In this document: piece by piece, positions 38,154 to 50,414 of the stretch | Numbering within the stretch: position 1 is the stretch's first letter | Layout: each line of letters begins with the position of its first letter | Assembly (NCBI GenBank): GCA_002104905.1 | Contig: MCFE01000182.1 | Coordinates: 76,982 to 140,981, forward strand | Length of the DNA: 64,000 nucleotides | Direction of reading: 5' to 3' | Source: Basidiobolus meristosporus CBS 931.73 | Lineage: Eukaryota; Fungi; Basidiobolomycota | Program-made: the position numbers and the translations under genes | The notes under the pieces: model-generated | Told to the model about the DNA's origin: nothing | Seen by the model: the letters and a program-made list of their open reading frames with translations, nothing else | Databases searched by the model: none

Positions 38154-39074
38154 TTTGTTGATATCAGTAGGCTGATGATATTCAGGTATTCCACTAGTCC
38201 GTTTATATAGTTTCTCTTCCAACGAATTCGGCTATCACCATATTACTTTCTAGGTCCTTGTGGCCAAGTTTGTCAATAGACTACTACGCTTATGGAGAGT
38301 GGATATCAGCCGCCTAAAAGCTATGGATAGCATTTACAAGTATTGAAACACATCTTCTGGTGTTTCGCCCAGCTCATCCCACTGACCAATCCGATAAATT
38401 TCCCACATCCCACTGGCCAATCCAGTAAATTTCCTGCATTCTTCATGCCATTCCAATTCGGATGTTGGATCCAGTGCCTGGGATCCAGTACCTGGAAAAC
38501 AAATCAAGCTAGCCCATATATGGTTGCCTCATCCCATGTCCCTTGACACTAGTGCTGGCAGGTCAATCCTATTGCCCCAGTGAAGCCACACCCGTCCACT
38601 TGACAGTGGATTCCTGGATCTAAACGGATTGTCAAAAGGGAATATCGAGAGTGATCAAGAATCTGTCAGCTCATGATTGGAGCTGCTGCGATAAAGGCTT
38701 TGTCAGACTGCAATTGGAAACAGCTGCCTGGCTTCTTGATTCGACTCCTTGCCCATCTCAATCCCGATACTACCCAGTATGTCCCGGCAAAGACCTGGTT
38801 ACCTTCCATATCCACTAGGCTTCATACCGACCCTTGATAACAAGTTGGGAATACTTGCGACTACTGTTTGAGTATCTTATCTAGATTTACAAGCCCGCAA
38901 TGCTTTGTAGCCACTCACACCGGCTCCACTGTTGTTGCTCTCCTTTTGGAGCCCTTTAGCTGGTTGGCGTATGTTGGATATTCGTTGATTTTATTTTCAG
39001 TTTGAACTAGCCCAGTAGTCCTTGTGGTAGTGGTAAATATCGAGACATTGGATTTCCCAGCATTCTCTGATCTA

Positions 39075-39720
39075 TCAAAAGGTCACACTCAATGCAATCC
39101 TTGCTAGCTCTGGAGCCTTGTAGACACCAGGCACACATTCTTCATGAGCGATATCAATGTAGTTCAAGAGATTTTCGTATTTGTTGTCCATCTGGACATA
39201 GTACTTCTTGATGCCAACCATGAAGTCAATTTGGTTGTCACCAAAGCTCCAGCCTTGATCGTCGACACGGACGCATCCGTTGTGGATCTGGCCGTTCGGC
39301 AGCTTGATTCCCTTGAGCTGCTCGACCATCAAGGGTGGTGCCATAGGAGATGTCGTTGGCGGCAACACTGACAAAAGGAACAAGAACATTGTGCTTATTA
39401 CCCTGACCGTAGGGGTAGAGCTTCTCGTCGATGAAAGAGAAGCAGCTGTAGCCACCATTGCAGTCGCACTGAAGGTTGATCACCTTACCGTTGCCCAGGA
39501 TAGCAGTACCTTCCATACGAGCAGACGCGGCAAATTGACGGTTCACAGTAGCGAGAACCTCTCCAGAGCAGCTACGAAGTTGGATATTCTTTGGGCCAGC
39601 GAAGTCGCTCTCTTCTGAGACCCAGTAGTAAGTCATCTTTACCTCTTTGGCAAATACACTGGCGCTGAATAGGGTTAAACCCAGGGTGACGGCAAGTAAG
39701 AATCTGAAAGTAGAGAGCAT
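39075..39720 (-). pseudogene. 3D-domain secreted protein copy 2 with a +1 frameshift (or a sequencing error)
   Basis: aagggtggtg at 39331-39340 versus aaggtggtg in copies 3 and 4; the two ORF halves join into a full paralog. Confidence 0.75.
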
Positions 39721-41462
39721 CTTTGGAGTTGTGTTTGTTCTCGACTATTGTTTGATGAATATCATGGACTTCCATATCTTAGTTATAACACAGCTCAAGC
39801 AGGGTCACGCATCAACGGCATGACATCAACGGCATGGCACCAACGTGGTCGTTACCCTTTCATAAAGACACACTCCAATATACTTCGATCTGTAGGATGA
39901 ATGCCGTATCAGATCATGAACGTGCAAACATCTACCACAGCGGGAACACTATTAGAATACTATCATCGGTTCTTGAACAAAAGACCAGTGTAGTCAGGTA
40001 GTAATTTAAGTGATGTCCTGCAAGTTGATTGATCAAAAGCGCTTCATTGAGTTGCGGCTAGATAGCCATATCATTAAAGCCTCTGGTATAGTATTCGAGA
40101 GTGCTAGCTACCTTTCCTTTTTTTAGACTGATTAGCCTTTATACGGACTCACTGAAGTGTCCTGGGTGATTGGCCCTTGAGGGATATTTATTAATTTTTG
40201 TTTGTTCTTTTTACCTGAGCCTCAATCACAGTCTGGACTACCGTGTTAAAAATATTATCCCATCCCTTTTTCAACCTATGGATTTTCTAGCAAAATGATC
40301 TAACATCGCTCTATAAGCCTCCTAACCCTAACCCTGGTATTTCTGAGTTTGATAATGTCGAAGGAACTAGCTTTACAAAGAGCTCCCGATAACTGACAAC
40401 CCAAGTAATACTTGGCACGCCAAAAGAAGTGGTCTTGTTCTTATTTTGGAAGGATTGTAATATACCTCGGATATTCAGGTATGATAACGTTAAGGCTAAG
40501 CAGTGATTCCTACACGATTCTTGGGTGAATTGTATTCCCGTTTTTATCCCCTGGATGGCGATCGGGATCTGGTAACTTGAAAGATTTCTAGGTAGCGTGA
40601 TGGGTACTACCAAGTATTGAAACATATCTTCTGGTGTTTCGCCCAGCTCATCCCACTGACCAATCCGATAAATTTCCCACATCCCACTGGCCAATCCAGT
40701 AAATTTCCTGCATTCTTCATGCCATTCCAATTCGGATGTTGGATCCAGTGCCTGGGATCCAGTACCTGGAAAACAAATCAAGCTAGCCCATATATGGTTG
40801 CCTCATCCCATGTCCCTTGACACTAGTGCTGGCAGGTCAATCCTATTGCCCCAGTGAAGCCACACCCGTCCACTTGACAGTGGATTCCTGGATCTAAACG
40901 GATTGTCAAAAGGGAATATCGAGAGTGATCAGGAGTCTGTCAGCTCATGATTGAAAGCTGCTGCGATAAAGGCTTTGTCAGACTGCAATTGGAAACAGCT
41001 CCCTGGCTTCTTGATTCGACTCCTTGCCCATCTCAATCCCGATACTACCCAGTATGTCCCGGCAAAGACCTGGTTACCTTCCATATCCACTAGGCTTCAT
41101 ACAGATCCTCGATAGCAAGCTGGCAGCTCCTGCAGCTACTACAATGCCTAGCTTGAACATTCACGTTATCCTTTCGCAATGGCTCTAATTTGATGGCCTA
41201 CGAATCTGCAATACTCTACAGCCGCCGCACCGGCTCCATTTCCTTTGCTTTGCTACCCTTCTTTGTTAGTTGGCTGGTGAATATTGCCTCATTGCCAAAG
41301 TCAGATGCATACTTCTGATTCATTGATTTTATTTTCTATTTGAACTAGCCCAGTAGTCTTTGTGGTGGCACTAAGTATCGAGACATTGGAATTCCCAGCA
41401 TTCTCTGATCTATCAAAAGGTCACACTCAATGCAATCCTTGCTTGCTCCGGAGCAAGACAGC

Positions 41463-42080
41463 TCAGTCCCGAGGAGTCTTGTACACACCAGGCGTACACT
41501 CCTCGCGAGTGATATCGACGTAGTTGAAGAGGTTTCCGTATTTGTTGTCCATCTCGACATAGTACTTCTTGATGCCAACCATGAAGTCGATTTGGTTGTC
41601 ACCAAAGCTCCAGCCTTGGTCGTCGACACGGACGCATCCGTTGTGGATCTGGCCGTTCGGCAGCTTGATTCCCTTGAGCTGCTCGACCATCAAGGTGGTG
41701 CCATAGGAGATGTCGTTGGCGGCAACACTGACAAAAGGAACAAGAGCGTTGTCCTTCTCGCCCAGACCGAAGGGGTAGAGCTTCTCATTGATGAAAGAGA
41801 AGCAGCTGTAACCACCATTGCAGTCGCACTGAAGATTGATCACCTTACCGTTGCCCAGAATAGCGGTACCTTCCATGCGAGCAGCCGAGGCAAATTGGCG
41901 ACTCACGGTAGCGAGAACCTCTCCAGAGCAACTACGGAGGTGGACATCCTTCGGACCAGAGAAATCACTCTCCTCTGAGATCCAGTAGTAAGTCATCTTC
42001 ACCTTCTTGGCAAATACGCTGGCACCGAGCATGGTCACACCGAGGGTGGCGACAAGTAAGAATCTGAAAGTAGAGAGCAT
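41463..42080 (-). CDS. Secreted 3D-domain protein, copy 3
   Basis: 205 aa, signal peptide, same motifs as copy 1; intronless. Confidence 0.8.
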   Translation of the reverse strand: MLSTFRFLLVATLGVTMLGASVFAKKVKMTYYWISEESDFSGPKDVHLRSCSGEVLATVSRQFASAARMEGTAILGNGKVINLQCDCNGGYSCFSFINEKLYPFGLGEKDNALVPFVSVAANDISYGTTLMVEQLKGIKLPNGQIHNGCVRVDDQGWSFGDNQIDFMVGIKKYYVEMDNKYGNLFNYVDITREECTPGVYKTPRD

Positions 42081-44275
42081 CTTTGGAGTTGTGTTTGTTC
42101 ACGACTGTTGTTTGATGAAGGCCATAGAGCATCAAAGGCTCAATATATATACACCACCGGTGGGCCCCCAGCAGGGAGAATTGGAAGTCACCATGGCCCA
42201 TGGCCCGGTCACTTTCCCCATAAGCTCAAATTTCTTTAAACATCAATTTTTTAAGCGTAGTTGTCAGTAGGATTCCATGGATGTACTGTGGATAAACATT
42301 GGTAAGGTGCATGGGAAGAGGCTGGGATATAGTAGGAAATCGGCAGGAGGCCATTAACAATCCATGGAATTGGTACAGTATTCTTGACTGTATAAATGCC
42401 AAAAGTTGGCAGGATTGGCTGCACCAATCCGATTTTTTTCCAATCATCTATGATTTGCCATCAACCGGTCTAATAGGTAATTGGCTTCTATTAATCTGGA
42501 ACGTGTTAGTGGCATGACACTAACGTGGTCAATAACCTTCCAGAAAGATAAACTGAAGTATACTTTGATCTGGAATGATGCGAACACTATTGATAGGTTG
42601 ATACTATAGTAGTAGAAATATGTATATATTGCTGATCAAACAACGTTAGAATAGTGTCAATAGTACATGAGCAAAAGACCTGTGAAATTCGGGAGTTAGT
42701 AAAGTAGTTTATCTCGCAAAGAGGTTCTCATAAACACTTGAATTGCCATGTCATTGAAATCCCCTGTATAGTATTTGGCAACGCATTTCTTCAAGGTACC
42801 ACATTTAATCTAGATAGAGGATCTCGATAAATTGCTGTTATTAGACTGATTAGCCTTTATACGAACTCACCTGGATAACCTGAACGATTGGCCCTCGAAG
42901 AATATTTATCCTTTTTTGTTTATTCTTTTTTGCCTGAACTTTAGTCACAGCCTGGACTACCGTTTTAAAAATACCATCCCATCCCTTTTTCAATATATGG
43001 ATCTTCTAGCTAAATGGGCTTGACATCACTCTATAAGCCTGTTAACCCTAACCCTGATGTTTCAGACTTGGATCGTGTTCAAGAAACCAAGCTGATAAAG
43101 GATTCCGGTTGACCGTCAACCCATACAGTACTTGACTCACCAAACAGAAGTGGTTTTCGCTCTAATTTGATAGGAGTACTACCTACATTAGAATTTTAGG
43201 AACGGTGACAACAAAGCTAAGCAGTGATTCCGATACGATCTTTGAAGAATTGTATTCCCGTTTTTATCGCAGTTGCTTTAAAATCACTATCGCTATAATT
43301 GACTCAATCCGATATTTCATCATAATTTTTGCTATAATGACATTTGTTATTGTATATATTGTCGCAATTGGGATCTGTCAACTTTAAAAATATTTAGATA
43401 GCGTGATGGGTACTACCAAGTATTGAAACATATCTTCTGGTGTTTCGCCCAGCTCATCCAACTGACCAATCCGGTAAATTTCCCATATCCCATATCCCAA
43501 TACCCAATCCAGTAAATTTCCTGCATTCTTCATGCCATTCCAATTCGGATGTTGGATCCAGTGCCTAGGATCCAGTACCTGGAAACCAGATCAAGCTAGC
43601 CCATATATGGTTGCCTCATCCCATGTCCCTTGACACTAGTGCTGGCAGGTCAATCCTATTGCCCCAGTGAAGCCACACCCGTCCACTTGACAGTGGATTC
43701 CTGGATCTAAACGGATTGTCAAAAGGGAGTATCGAGAGTGATCAGGAATCTGTCAGCTCATGATTGGAAGCTGCTGCGATAAAGGCTTTGTCAGACTGCA
43801 ATTGGAAACAGCTCCCTGGCTTCTTGATTCGACTCCTTGCCCATCTCAATCCCGATACTACCCAGTATGTCCCGGCAAAGACCTGGTTACCTTCCATATC
43901 CACTAGGCTTCGTACAGATCCTCGATAGCAAGCTGGCAGCTCCTGCAGCTACTACAATGCCTAGCTTGAACATTCACGTTATCCTTTCGCAATGGCTCTA
44001 ATTTGATGGCCTACGAATCTGCAATACTCTACAGCCGCCGCACCGGCTCCATTTCCTTTGCTTTGCTACCCTTCTTTGTTAGTTGGCTGGTGAATATTGC
44101 CTCATTGCCAAAGTCAGATGCATACTTCTGATTCATTGATTTTATTTTCTATTTGAACTAGCCCAGTAGTCTTTGTGGTGGCACTAAGTATCGAGACATT
44201 GGAATTCCCAGCATTCTCTGATCTATCAAAAGGTCACACTCAATGCAATCCTTGCTTGCTCCGGAGCAAGACAGC

Positions 44276-44893
44276 TCAGTCCCGAGGAGTCTTGTACACA
44301 CCAGGCGTACACTCCTCGCGAGTGATATCGACGTAGTTGAAGAGGTTTCCGTATTTGTTGTCCATCTCGACATAGTACTTCTTGATGCCAACCATGAAGT
44401 CGATTTGGTTGTCACCAAAGCTCCAGCCTTGGTCGTCGACACGGACGCATCCGTTGTGGATCTGGCCGTTCGGCAGCTTGATTCCCTTGAGCTGCTCGAC
44501 CATCAAGGTGGTGCCATAGGAGATGTCGTTGGCGGCAACACTGACGAAAGGAACAAGAGCGTTGTCCTTCTCGCCCAAACCGAAGGGGTAGAGCTTCTCA
44601 TTGATGAAAGAGAAGCAGCTGTAGCCACCATTGCAGTCGCACTGAAGGTTGATCACCTTACCGTTGCCCAGAATAGCGGTACCTTCCATGCGAGCAGCCG
44701 AGGCAAATTGGCGACTCACGGTAGCGAGAACCTCTCCAGAGCAACTACGGAGGTGGACATCCTTCGGACCAGAGAAATCACTCTCCTCTGAGATCCAGTA
44801 GTAAGTCATCTTCACCTTCTTGGCAAATACGCTGGCACCGAGCATGGTCACACCGAGGGTGGCGACAAGTAAGAATCTGAAAGTAGAGAGCAT
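44276..44893 (-). CDS. Secreted 3D-domain protein, copy 4
   Basis: Protein identical to copy 3 in the ORF track. Confidence 0.8.
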   Translation of the reverse strand: MLSTFRFLLVATLGVTMLGASVFAKKVKMTYYWISEESDFSGPKDVHLRSCSGEVLATVSRQFASAARMEGTAILGNGKVINLQCDCNGGYSCFSFINEKLYPFGLGEKDNALVPFVSVAANDISYGTTLMVEQLKGIKLPNGQIHNGCVRVDDQGWSFGDNQIDFMVGIKKYYVEMDNKYGNLFNYVDITREECTPGVYKTPRD

Positions 44894-45571
44894 CTTTGGA
44901 GTTGTGTTTGTTCACGACTGCTGTTTGATGAAGACCATAGAGCGTCCAAGGCTCGATATATATACAACACCGGTGGGCCCCCAGCTGGGGGAATTGGAAG
45001 TCACCATGGCCCATGGCCCGGTCACTTTCCCCATAAGCTCAAATTTCTTTAAACATCAATTTTTTAAGCGTAGTTGTCAGTAGGATTCCATGGATGTACT
45101 GTGGGTAAACATTGGTAAGATGCATGGGACGAGGCTGGGATATAGTAGGAAATCGGCAGGAGGCCATTAACAATCCATGGAATTGGTACAGTATTCTTGA
45201 CTGTATAAATGCCAAAAGTTGGCAGGATTGGCTGCACCAATCCGATTTTTTTCCAATCATCTATGATTTGCCATCAACCGGTCTAATGGGTAATTCGTAT
45301 CCATTGATCTGGAGCGCAATAATGCCACTAATTTGGATGTATTCTTTTTCGATCAATATTCTGGTACACTCTTATTCTCGTATATAGCGATTAGGGATGA
45401 TATATTGTTTGAGGAAATACGTAACGTACTTATCAAATTAAACATGAAAACGGGTATTATGATTAAGACGGTCCAGCTGTGAAACCCAATTGTCCTGAAT
45501 TAATAGCTCGAAAAAAAAGCCCATTTTTATCTCATCGTAACAATTGCGAAACTCTCATCCCATTCTACACG

Positions 45572-45933
45572 ATGGCTAGAGGACAGCAAAAGATTCAAGC
45601 AAGGTAATTTTTTTCCATCATCTCTTAATGGCACTAGTTTTGGAGGTTTACAAAGATGATTTACCTACCGTATACAAAGAGAGAAGGCTCAGAAATTAGC
45701 TGAAGCTAAAGCTGGCGGTAAATCTCAAATCGGTGCCCGCGCTGCTGGTTTAAAGGCCATCTGCCAAATCTGCAAGGTATCGCTTACTTCAAAAGACTCG
45801 ATTTGCTTCAAATGAATTTAACGCCAACATTTCTAAGAACCCTTGTGCCAACTACAAAACTCTTGTTCAACATATGGGTGCCAAACATCCCAAAGAACCT
45901 GTCCCTAGCGAAGAATCTCTTGGCTTACAATAA
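45572..45933 (+). CDS. ZNF706-like small C2H2 protein (SERF/4F5-like N-terminus), 3 exons
   Basis: MARGQQKIQA...AKAGGKSQIGARAAGLKAICQICK...NYKTLVQHMGAKHPKEPVP. Confidence 0.85.
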
Positions 45934-46885
45934 TCTCTTTTGCCAACCCAGGGAAGTAAAGCTACGGATGACATAGATTGTATAGCCACCCCAACAACAG
46001 CCACTTCCATTAATACGTTAGCTCAATAAAGTCTATAATACACCATCATTTGCCTATTATTGGCTTGTGCATAGTTCTGTAGCACAGTACTCTTAGTTAT
46101 GGTTAGGCTGAACAGCGGAGTTGAAGTGAAACTGAACAGTGTAAATATACTCCGCAATATTATTTATAGTCCCAAAAGGAATGATTTCAACTTGGTACGA
46201 AAATATGTATTGTTATCGATCTAATCATTGACACCTGGCAAATATAAAGATATATGACTTCGCACACATAGACACAAGTAAGCCTCACACGACGAGTTCT
46301 CTGGCATGCACTATGAATGTAAATACAGCAGTTTCTAGCCACATTTCGGTCATTAAGATGCCTTTCAAATGTTCACTGTTCAATAAGATTTCAAAGCTTC
46401 GAGAGAATGTAGTATATTCCTGTCCTTTTACTTGCTTGCTCCGTATACAACCAGTTCTGACTACTCGAAAAATCCGCAGGTTGCGCCTCACTTGAAAGTA
46501 CGAATACATGTCGGTGATGGGTGGAGCGGTGGCTATTGCTACACGTGAATTGTGGCTTTTCAGTAACTGGCAAAAAACTGTCGATGGAGAATACGCAGAG
46601 TACATGTTGGCATTGGGGGTACGGGCAGTTTGGCTCTTCAATATACGGTAAAAACCTTGAAGGACTCTTTATCATAAAAGGATGCCGAAGAAACACTTAA
46701 ATTCTCTGCTTTAACAGCTTCAATCATATGAAATGGATGAATGGAGAATCAAGATCCCGAGTTGCGATGGCTTTTAAACAGTACTTGTTCTGAGGCGGCA
46801 TAAAATAATCATTTATTTCAGTATATTTGGTAAATATTCTATCAACCAGTCAGGAATTCAACGATGTCAATAATGATATTCGTCT

Positions 46886-48892
46886 CTAATATTTATATGC
46901 GGAGCCACTGTGATCGCCACCCTTACCACTTCCTTTGCCTCCATAGTCGCCTCCCTCACCACCTCCCTTGCCCCCATAGTCGCCACCCTCACCGCCTCCC
47001 TTGCCTCCATAGTCACCACCTTCGCCGCCTCCTTTACCACCAGCGTAGTCCTTTACATCGTAGCTACCACCAGACCCACCGCCACCGTACTTGGCGCCTT
47101 CACCACCACCCTTGCCTCCATAGTCGCCACCTTCACCACCTCCACCATACTTGCCACCCTCACCGCCTCCATTGCCACCGTGGTCGCCACCTTCACCACC
47201 TCCCTTGCCACCGTAGTCGCCACCAGATCCACCACCACCATACTTGCCACCCTCACCGCCTCCCTTACCACCGTAGTCGCCACCAGATCCACCACCACCA
47301 TATTTACCACCTTCGCCGCCTCCTTTACCACCTGCGTAATCCTTTACATCATAGCTACCACCAGACCCACCACCACCGTACTTTCCGCCCTCACCGCCTC
47401 CCTTGCCACCGTAGTCGCCACCTTCGCCACCTTCGCCACCACCCTTGCCTCCATAGTTGCCGCCTTCACCGCCGCCACCATACTTGCCACCCTCACCGCC
47501 TCCCTTGCCTCCATAGTCGCCACCTTCACCACCACCCTTGCCTCCATAGTTGCCGCCTTCACCGCCGCCACCATACTTGCCACCCTCACCGCCTCCCTTG
47601 CCGCCATGGTCACCACCATAGTTGCCGCCTTCGCCACCTCCCTTGCCTCCACCAGATCCACCACCACCATATTTACCACCTTCGCCGCCTCCTTTACCAC
47701 CTGCGTAATCCTTTACATCATAGCTACCACCAGACCCACCACCACCGTACTTTCCGCCCTCACCGCCTCCCTTGCCGCCGTGGCCACCACCATAGTTACC
47801 ACCTTCGCCGCCTCCCTTGCCACCGTAGTCGCCACCTTCGCCACCACTCTTGCCTCCATAGTTGCCGCCTTCACCGCCGCCACCATACTTGCCACCCTCA
47901 CCGCCACCCTTGCCGCCGTGGCCACCACCATAGTTGCCACCTTCGCCGCCACCCTTGCCTCCACCAGATCCACCTCCACCATATTTACCACCTTCGCCAC
48001 CGGATCCGCCGCCACCATATTTACCACCCTCGCCACCACCATTACCCCCAGAGTAATCCTTTGAATCATAGCCACCGCCAGATCCGCCTCCTCCTTTGCC
48101 TCCGTAGTCGCCACCCTCACCGCCACCACCATGCTTGCCGCCTTCTCCACCTCCCTTGCCTCCATAGTCGCCACCAGATCCACTTCCACCATATTTGCCA
48201 CCTTCGCCGCCGCCTTTACCGCCGTAATCGCCACCGGATCCGCCACCACCATGTTTACCACCCTCGCCACCACCATTTCCCGCAGAGTAATTCTTTGAAT
48301 CATAGCTACTGCCAGATCCACCTCCTCCCTTGCCTCCATAGTCGCCACCAGATCCATCGCCGCCGTATTTGCTGCCTTCGCCACCACCACCATACTTGCC
48401 ACCCTCACCACCTCCGCTGCCTCCATAGTCACCACCTGCACCGCCACCACCATATTTCCCGCCTTCGCCACCACCCTTGCCACCTGCGTAATCCTTTACA
48501 TCATATCCCCCACCAGATCCACCACCGCCGTGTTTTCCGCCCTCACCACCTCCCTTGCCTCCATAGTCACCAGCTTCGCCGCCACCCTTACCGCCGTAGT
48601 CGCCACCAGATCCACCGCCGCCATACTTGCCACCTTCACCACCACCCTTGCCACCTTCACCACCACCGCCATATTTGCCGCCTTCGCCACCACCACCATA
48701 CTTGCCACCTTCACCACCACCATTGCCTCCATGGTTGCCGCTTTCACCACCACCTGCATTGCCGCCATAAGAGACTGATTTCCCCTCACCACCCGAATAA
48801 TCCTTTACATCATATCCTCGCTCCAAAACAGTTGCATTAGCCATAGCCAACGCAGAGATAGCGAAGAGGATATTAGCGGAGGAGAATTTCAT
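46886..48892 (-). CDS. Secreted glycine-rich repeat protein (668 aa)
   Basis: Signal peptide MKFSSANILFAISALAMANA; tandem GGKGGGEGG(K/D/N)YGG repeats punctuated by YDVKDY/YDSKDY; open for 2 kb. Confidence 0.9.
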   Translation of the reverse strand: MKFSSANILFAISALAMANATVLERGYDVKDYSGGEGKSVSYGGNAGGGESGNHGGNGGGEGGKYGGGGEGGKYGGGGEGGKGGGEGGKYGGGGSGGDYGGKGGGEAGDYGGKGGGEGGKHGGGGSGGGYDVKDYAGGKGGGEGGKYGGGGAGGDYGGSGGGEGGKYGGGGEGSKYGGDGSGGDYGGKGGGGSGSSYDSKNYSAGNGGGEGGKHGGGGSGGDYGGKGGGEGGKYGGSGSGGDYGGKGGGEGGKHGGGGEGGDYGGKGGGGSGGGYDSKDYSGGNGGGEGGKYGGGGSGGEGGKYGGGGSGGGKGGGEGGNYGGGHGGKGGGEGGKYGGGGEGGNYGGKSGGEGGDYGGKGGGEGGNYGGGHGGKGGGEGGKYGGGGSGGSYDVKDYAGGKGGGEGGKYGGGGSGGGKGGGEGGNYGGDHGGKGGGEGGKYGGGGEGGNYGGKGGGEGGDYGGKGGGEGGKYGGGGEGGNYGGKGGGEGGEGGDYGGKGGGEGGKYGGGGSGGSYDVKDYAGGKGGGEGGKYGGGGSGGDYGGKGGGEGGKYGGGGSGGDYGGKGGGEGGDHGGNGGGEGGKYGGGGEGGDYGGKGGGEGAKYGGGGSGGSYDVKDYAGGKGGGEGGDYGGKGGGEGGDYGGKGGGEGGDYGGKGSGKGGDHSGSAYKY

Positions 48893-50414
48893 ATTGATAC
48901 TTGAGTCCGATAGATGAGACGATTTTTTTCTGATCCAACCGACTCCATTCCGGAGGGATTTATAGGTTCTTGGAAGGTCTGAGAAGGAGTCGATCAAGGG
49001 GTCAGAGGGTTGTTAGATTAGCATATCCACAAACCGGCGGTGGTGGCACTATGGTGAAAATCACCGGAATCCATGAAATCCTGATGGTTGAAACATGCAG
49101 TGGGCTCATTATCAAGGAAAATTCCTTCGATGTAATTGCACGATATGCCAGACAGGTGGGAGAGAACGTGGCTCCAGAAGCGATCAATATGTTTTCGAGT
49201 GTTATTATGTATAAATATGTTCCAAGTTGATGAATTCTCCTTGATAACAGTGTTTCAAAGGTTTCATATGAGATCAACAGTAAATGTGCCGAATCGATGC
49301 ACACCACAAGGCACATCTCCAATCAGATTTCAAATATGCGGGGACTTGCGCAACCTTGAAAACGGATCTGAAGTGCCAGATCGCCATCCCTAAGGTCAGG
49401 CCTCCTGTTTGTTAAGGCTAAACATTTCGATCCTCGTAATCAACATTAGCCGATGACCGGAGGCGATTAAGGAGCAGAGAGTGGAGTTGTTTAGCCACTA
49501 CTAGTCAATGAGCGCTTCTGCATAAGCTCTTGATTGTTCTATGCCAAAATGGGGATAAATATCTACAGAATTGGCAACTGAGAGGCCAGCGAGGGGAAAA
49601 GATGGTCTCTTTTCTTTGAACAGCGAGAGTACGGTCCTACGTTTCATTTGGGTAGAGAGACTCACAACATGCTAGCTAGAATCACAGATGGTATTTTGAG
49701 ATTGTCATATGGAACGCTAGCTATGTGTTTGCTGGGTGCATCAGCCAGCATTGTCCGCAGCCTCTCTTACGACCAATTTTACGATAATCAACCAACAATT
49801 CTATGGAACACACTCCTTTTGTCGTCGAGTCACAGTCCATCATCAATTACCAACAGATATTTCTCACTCCTAATTCTAATCTATTACGTGATGGTCAGGG
49901 TTAACCAAATGCGTGGCCTTGATCTGGCTTACTCAAGAAAGGTATATCTTGCTTCTGCCCAGCAAACCAGGCAACCAGGCGAAAGGAAACTCTCCTCCAT
50001 GAGAAGGATAGACAATATCTGAATATCCGAAATGGCAACGAACGGCTTATATACTGTTCCGTGTTTCCAAGCCAGAGGTTTTTGGTGATTCTCTCCATAT
50101 CTAGTTAAAATAAATTGCCGAATATGATGAGTCCGTTTGGTCCAGGTAATTGGACATACCAACGGTTCTTAAAGTGCAAGACAAAGATCAGGAGGGCTAT
50201 TAATCACCTCAATTGCTGAGGCCAAGTGGTTCACTATGCTTCTATATGATGACTTCCTTCCGCAGTTTACAACAAGATGTAGTTCAAAGTGGTTCAGGGG
50301 TTAGCCATAATGATTGTCCATTCAGTGGCCCTTTTTCCCTTATATTGCAACTGCTATTAGATTTTGACCCTTCTTATCACCTCTGTCAATCTGCAACTAT
50401 GCCTTGGTCTTTGT

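Larger units (their letters stand above)
40593..45287. repeat. Recent tandem segmental duplication (40593-42474 vs 43399-45287; period ~2.8 kb)
   Basis: Near-identical sequence including gene and flanks; an older related unit lies at 38338-40590. Confidence 0.9.

Noticed and set aside
40319-40336. Interstitial (TAACCC)2 here and near 43043 as telomere relics
   Set aside because: Only two units, opposite orientation to the telomere, no element junction, and the two sites are paralogous through the duplication.
46285-46696. Small Cys/His-containing ORFs
   Set aside because: Non-ATG or overlapping frames with no canonical zinc-finger spacing.
46864-48840. Long plus-strand His-rich and Thr/Ala-rich ORFs and alternative minus-strand frames
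   Set aside because: Shadow frames of the GGN-rich repeat gene; only one frame has a signal peptide.
49000-50400. Coding potential between the Gly-rich gene and the LTR
   Set aside because: Short ORFs on both strands with no recognisable domain.
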